The notes under the pieces were generated by a model that did no database searches, was not told where the DNA came from, and saw nothing but the letters and a program-made list of their open reading frames with translations. The position numbers and the translations under genes were made by a program. A DNA stretch of 64,000 bases from Dehalococcoidia bacterium. GTDB lineage: Bacteria; Chloroflexota; Dehalococcoidia; Lucifugimonadales; UBA3495. The stretch covers positions 951,645 through 1,015,644 of the forward strand of contig OZ253548.1 of NCBI GenBank assembly GCA_965262595.1, read 5' to 3'. This document shows, piece after piece, positions 62,325-64,000 of the stretch; position 1 is the stretch's first letter; the number at the start of each line of letters is the position of its first letter.

Positions 62325-62951
62325 ATGACCGAACAAAACCGCGTTGAGTGGGTTTATTCATCGCAAAACGAAAAGGAACTGGAAGAACGGTACGACCAGT
62401 GGGCGCAAGAATACGATACTGACCTGGAAACCGACTTCGGTTGGATTTCGCCGCAACGCACTTCCGATGCCTTTGCCAGGTACGTGCCCCAGGAAGCGTC
62501 CATCCTGGACGCCGGCGCCGGCACCGGTTTGGTAGGACAGTGCCTCTATGATCAGGGCTACCGAAAAATGACGGCGATGGATTTGTCCTTGGGAATGTTG
62601 GATGTGGCCCGCAGCAAGAACATCTACCAGGCCTTCCACCAGATGGTTATGGGCGAGCGGCTGGACTACGCCACCGATGAATTCGACGCGGCGATTATAG
62701 TCGGTGTGTTTACCCAGGGCCATGCTCCCGCCAGTTCCCTGGACGAGTTGGTTCGAGTTACCAAGCCGGGAGGCCATATAGTCTTCAGCCTGCGGACCGA
62801 CACTCGCCTGGGAAGCGGGTTCAAAGAAAAGCAGGAAGACCTGGAGTCATCGGGCCGGTGGAAGCTGGTCGAAGTAAGCGATACCTTCCAGCCCCTGCCC
62901 AAGGGGGAACCGGAAGTCCTGCATCAGGTTTGGGTTTACCAGGTTAGCTAG
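62325..62951 (+). CDS. Class I SAM-dependent methyltransferase (Methyltransf_11/25 type)
   Basis: 208 aa. ILDAGAGTGLVGQCL...MDLSLGML...FDAAIIVGVF..GH...VTKPGGHIVFSL. Confidence 0.7.
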   Translation: MTEQNRVEWVYSSQNEKELEERYDQWAQEYDTDLETDFGWISPQRTSDAFARYVPQEASILDAGAGTGLVGQCLYDQGYRKMTAMDLSLGMLDVARSKNIYQAFHQMVMGERLDYATDEFDAAIIVGVFTQGHAPASSLDELVRVTKPGGHIVFSLRTDTRLGSGFKEKQEDLESSGRWKLVEVSDTFQPLPKGEPEVLHQVWVYQVS

Positions 62952-62993
62952 CCACCGGGTCGCCCGGAACTAACAGCCGAATTCCGATCCCCC

Positions 62994-63045
62994 AAAAAAC
63001 ATCAACCGATGCAGCCTTTACGGCGCCAACGGTTGATATTTTTTG
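62994..63045. terminator. Bidirectional intrinsic terminator between convergent genes
   Basis: An A-tract, ATCAACCG (63001-63008) pairing with CGGTTGAT (63030-63037), then ATTTTTTG. Confidence 0.6.
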
Positions 63046-63128
63046 TCAGCCCGATTGTTCCAGCTTGGGGAGGTTCCACCCCTTGGTTCCCCAAGTATGG
63101 TTTTTCCGTAGCGGCAAATTTGGGGCTA

Positions 63129-63533
63129 TTATTCGCGCGTCTCCAGGGCAAAGCCTCGATACTTGACTTCCTGGAGGCAAATGGGACAGCGTTGCTCTTC
63201 GGCATGGCCCACTGCCGGCCAAATGTCCGGGGCGGTTATACCGCAGAGAAAGACCGGCGAAACCTCCTCTATTCCCAGACTGTCCACGTAATGCACCTCG
63301 CCGGACTGTCTGGGATTAGGCCACCACCAGGGGGTCAACTGCTGGGCAAGACTATTAATATGTTGCTTGGCCTCGTCGAGCCAACCGTCCTCCGGCAATT
63401 CTACCACCCAAGCCCGGCCTTCCGACTCCGTTTGCCGCCGCGCCTGCAACTTTCCCTCCCGTATGTAGCGACGGACGACACCCTGGGAGACGTTGAGCCG
63501 CCGTGAAGCTTCCAGGATAGTTACTTCTTCCAA
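63129..63533 (-). CDS. Excisionase/MerR-type HTH DNA-binding protein with an uncharacterised C-terminal domain
   Basis: 134 aa, TTG start. VTILEASRRLNVSQGVVRRYIREGKLQA matches the HTH_17-like pattern. The C-terminus carries C...H...CPIC residues. Confidence 0.5.
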   Translation of the reverse strand: MEEVTILEASRRLNVSQGVVRRYIREGKLQARRQTESEGRAWVVELPEDGWLDEAKQHINSLAQQLTPWWWPNPRQSGEVHYVDSLGIEEVSPVFLCGITAPDIWPAVGHAEEQRCPICLQEVKYRGFALETRE

Positions 63534-63626
63534 AACTTCCTCCTCACCGTCATTCCGGCCATCCGGTTACTCAGTCGGCCCGGATTACCGACGGTTAAGC
63601 ATTTTCCTTCAACCCGGTCAACCGAC

Positions 63627-64000
63627 TCAGGACTGAGTGGCAGCGGTTAGCGGGTCCTCCATTGTATCGCCCAGCGAACCGCCGGGCGGCACCATTGGAT
63701 ACAAGTTCACCGACGGGTCCACCACAAACTCGATCAAGTAGGGGCCGTCATGAGCCTGGGCCTTGCGCAGGGCGGGCATCACATCTTCCTGGTGGGTAAC
63801 CTTCATAGCCGGTATGCCGTAGGCATGAGCCAGTTTAACAAACTCCGGCCCCGGAATCGGCACTTCCTTCAGGTGGTTCTGGAAGAACATTTCCTGCCAC
63901 TGGCGCACCATGCCCAGGTAACCATTATTGATCAAGGCTATTTTCACCGGAAGGTTCTCGTGGAATACCGTTGCCAATTCCTGGGAGGTCATTTGTATCC
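63627..64000 (-). CDS. ilvB: Acetolactate synthase large (catalytic) subunit, C-terminal part; 5' end beyond the window
   Basis: ...LPVKIALINNGYLGMVRQWQEMFF...YGIPAMKV...GPYLIEF.VD, the typical ALS/AHAS C-terminus. The frame stays open to the window edge. Confidence 0.85.
   Translation of the reverse strand, partial: IQMTSQELATVFHENLPVKIALINNGYLGMVRQWQEMFFQNHLKEVPIPGPEFVKLAHAYGIPAMKVTHQEDVMPALRKAQAHDGPYLIEFVVDPSVNLYPMVPPGGSLGDTMEDPLTAATQS

Overview
This is a 64 kb, fairly GC-rich bacterial chromosomal segment with dense coding and no rRNA, tRNA, CRISPR array or recognisable transposase. The gene content suggests a Chloroflexota genome of the marine SAR202 type: monoderm-style lipoprotein SBPs with Ala/Pro linkers, an LLM flavin monooxygenase, family III CoA-transferases, several enoyl-CoA hydratases and D-amino-acid enzymes. 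That assignment is inference only.

Housekeeping genes I recognise with confidence:
- plsX (cut by the left window edge)
- a thiG-thiE-thiS operon behind a TPP riboswitch with a terminator-type expression platform
- groES-groEL with a perfect CIRCE operator
- leuCD, pepN, metH, fhs and panD
- the ilvB 3' end (cut by the right window edge)

Accessory or unusual content:
1. Four tandem paralogous family-5 ABC substrate-binding lipoproteins (4.2-13.0 kb). No permease or ATPase gene is present. The last two are a near-identical 2.2 kb tandem duplication. All four sit behind a shared leader of about 150 nt.
2. An orphan two-gene operon (37.4-40.4 kb). It encodes a 675-aa protein with degenerate tubulin/FtsZ-like signatures and a membrane-anchored secreted partner.
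3. A low-GC DUF262+HNH (GmrSD-like) defence gene.
4. A low-GC module of an RHH repressor plus a GIY-YIG protein with an RGG-rich tail, with an operator repeat array.
5. An A / B::A fusion / B arrangement of 3-oxoacid CoA-transferase genes.
6. A cluster devoted to D-amino-acid and chiral-substrate catabolism (51.5-60.5 kb).
7. panD translationally coupled to an SDMT-like N-methyltransferase.
8. A BNR-repeat gene broken by two compensating frame changes.

All functional calls come from motif recognition by eye. No database search was run.
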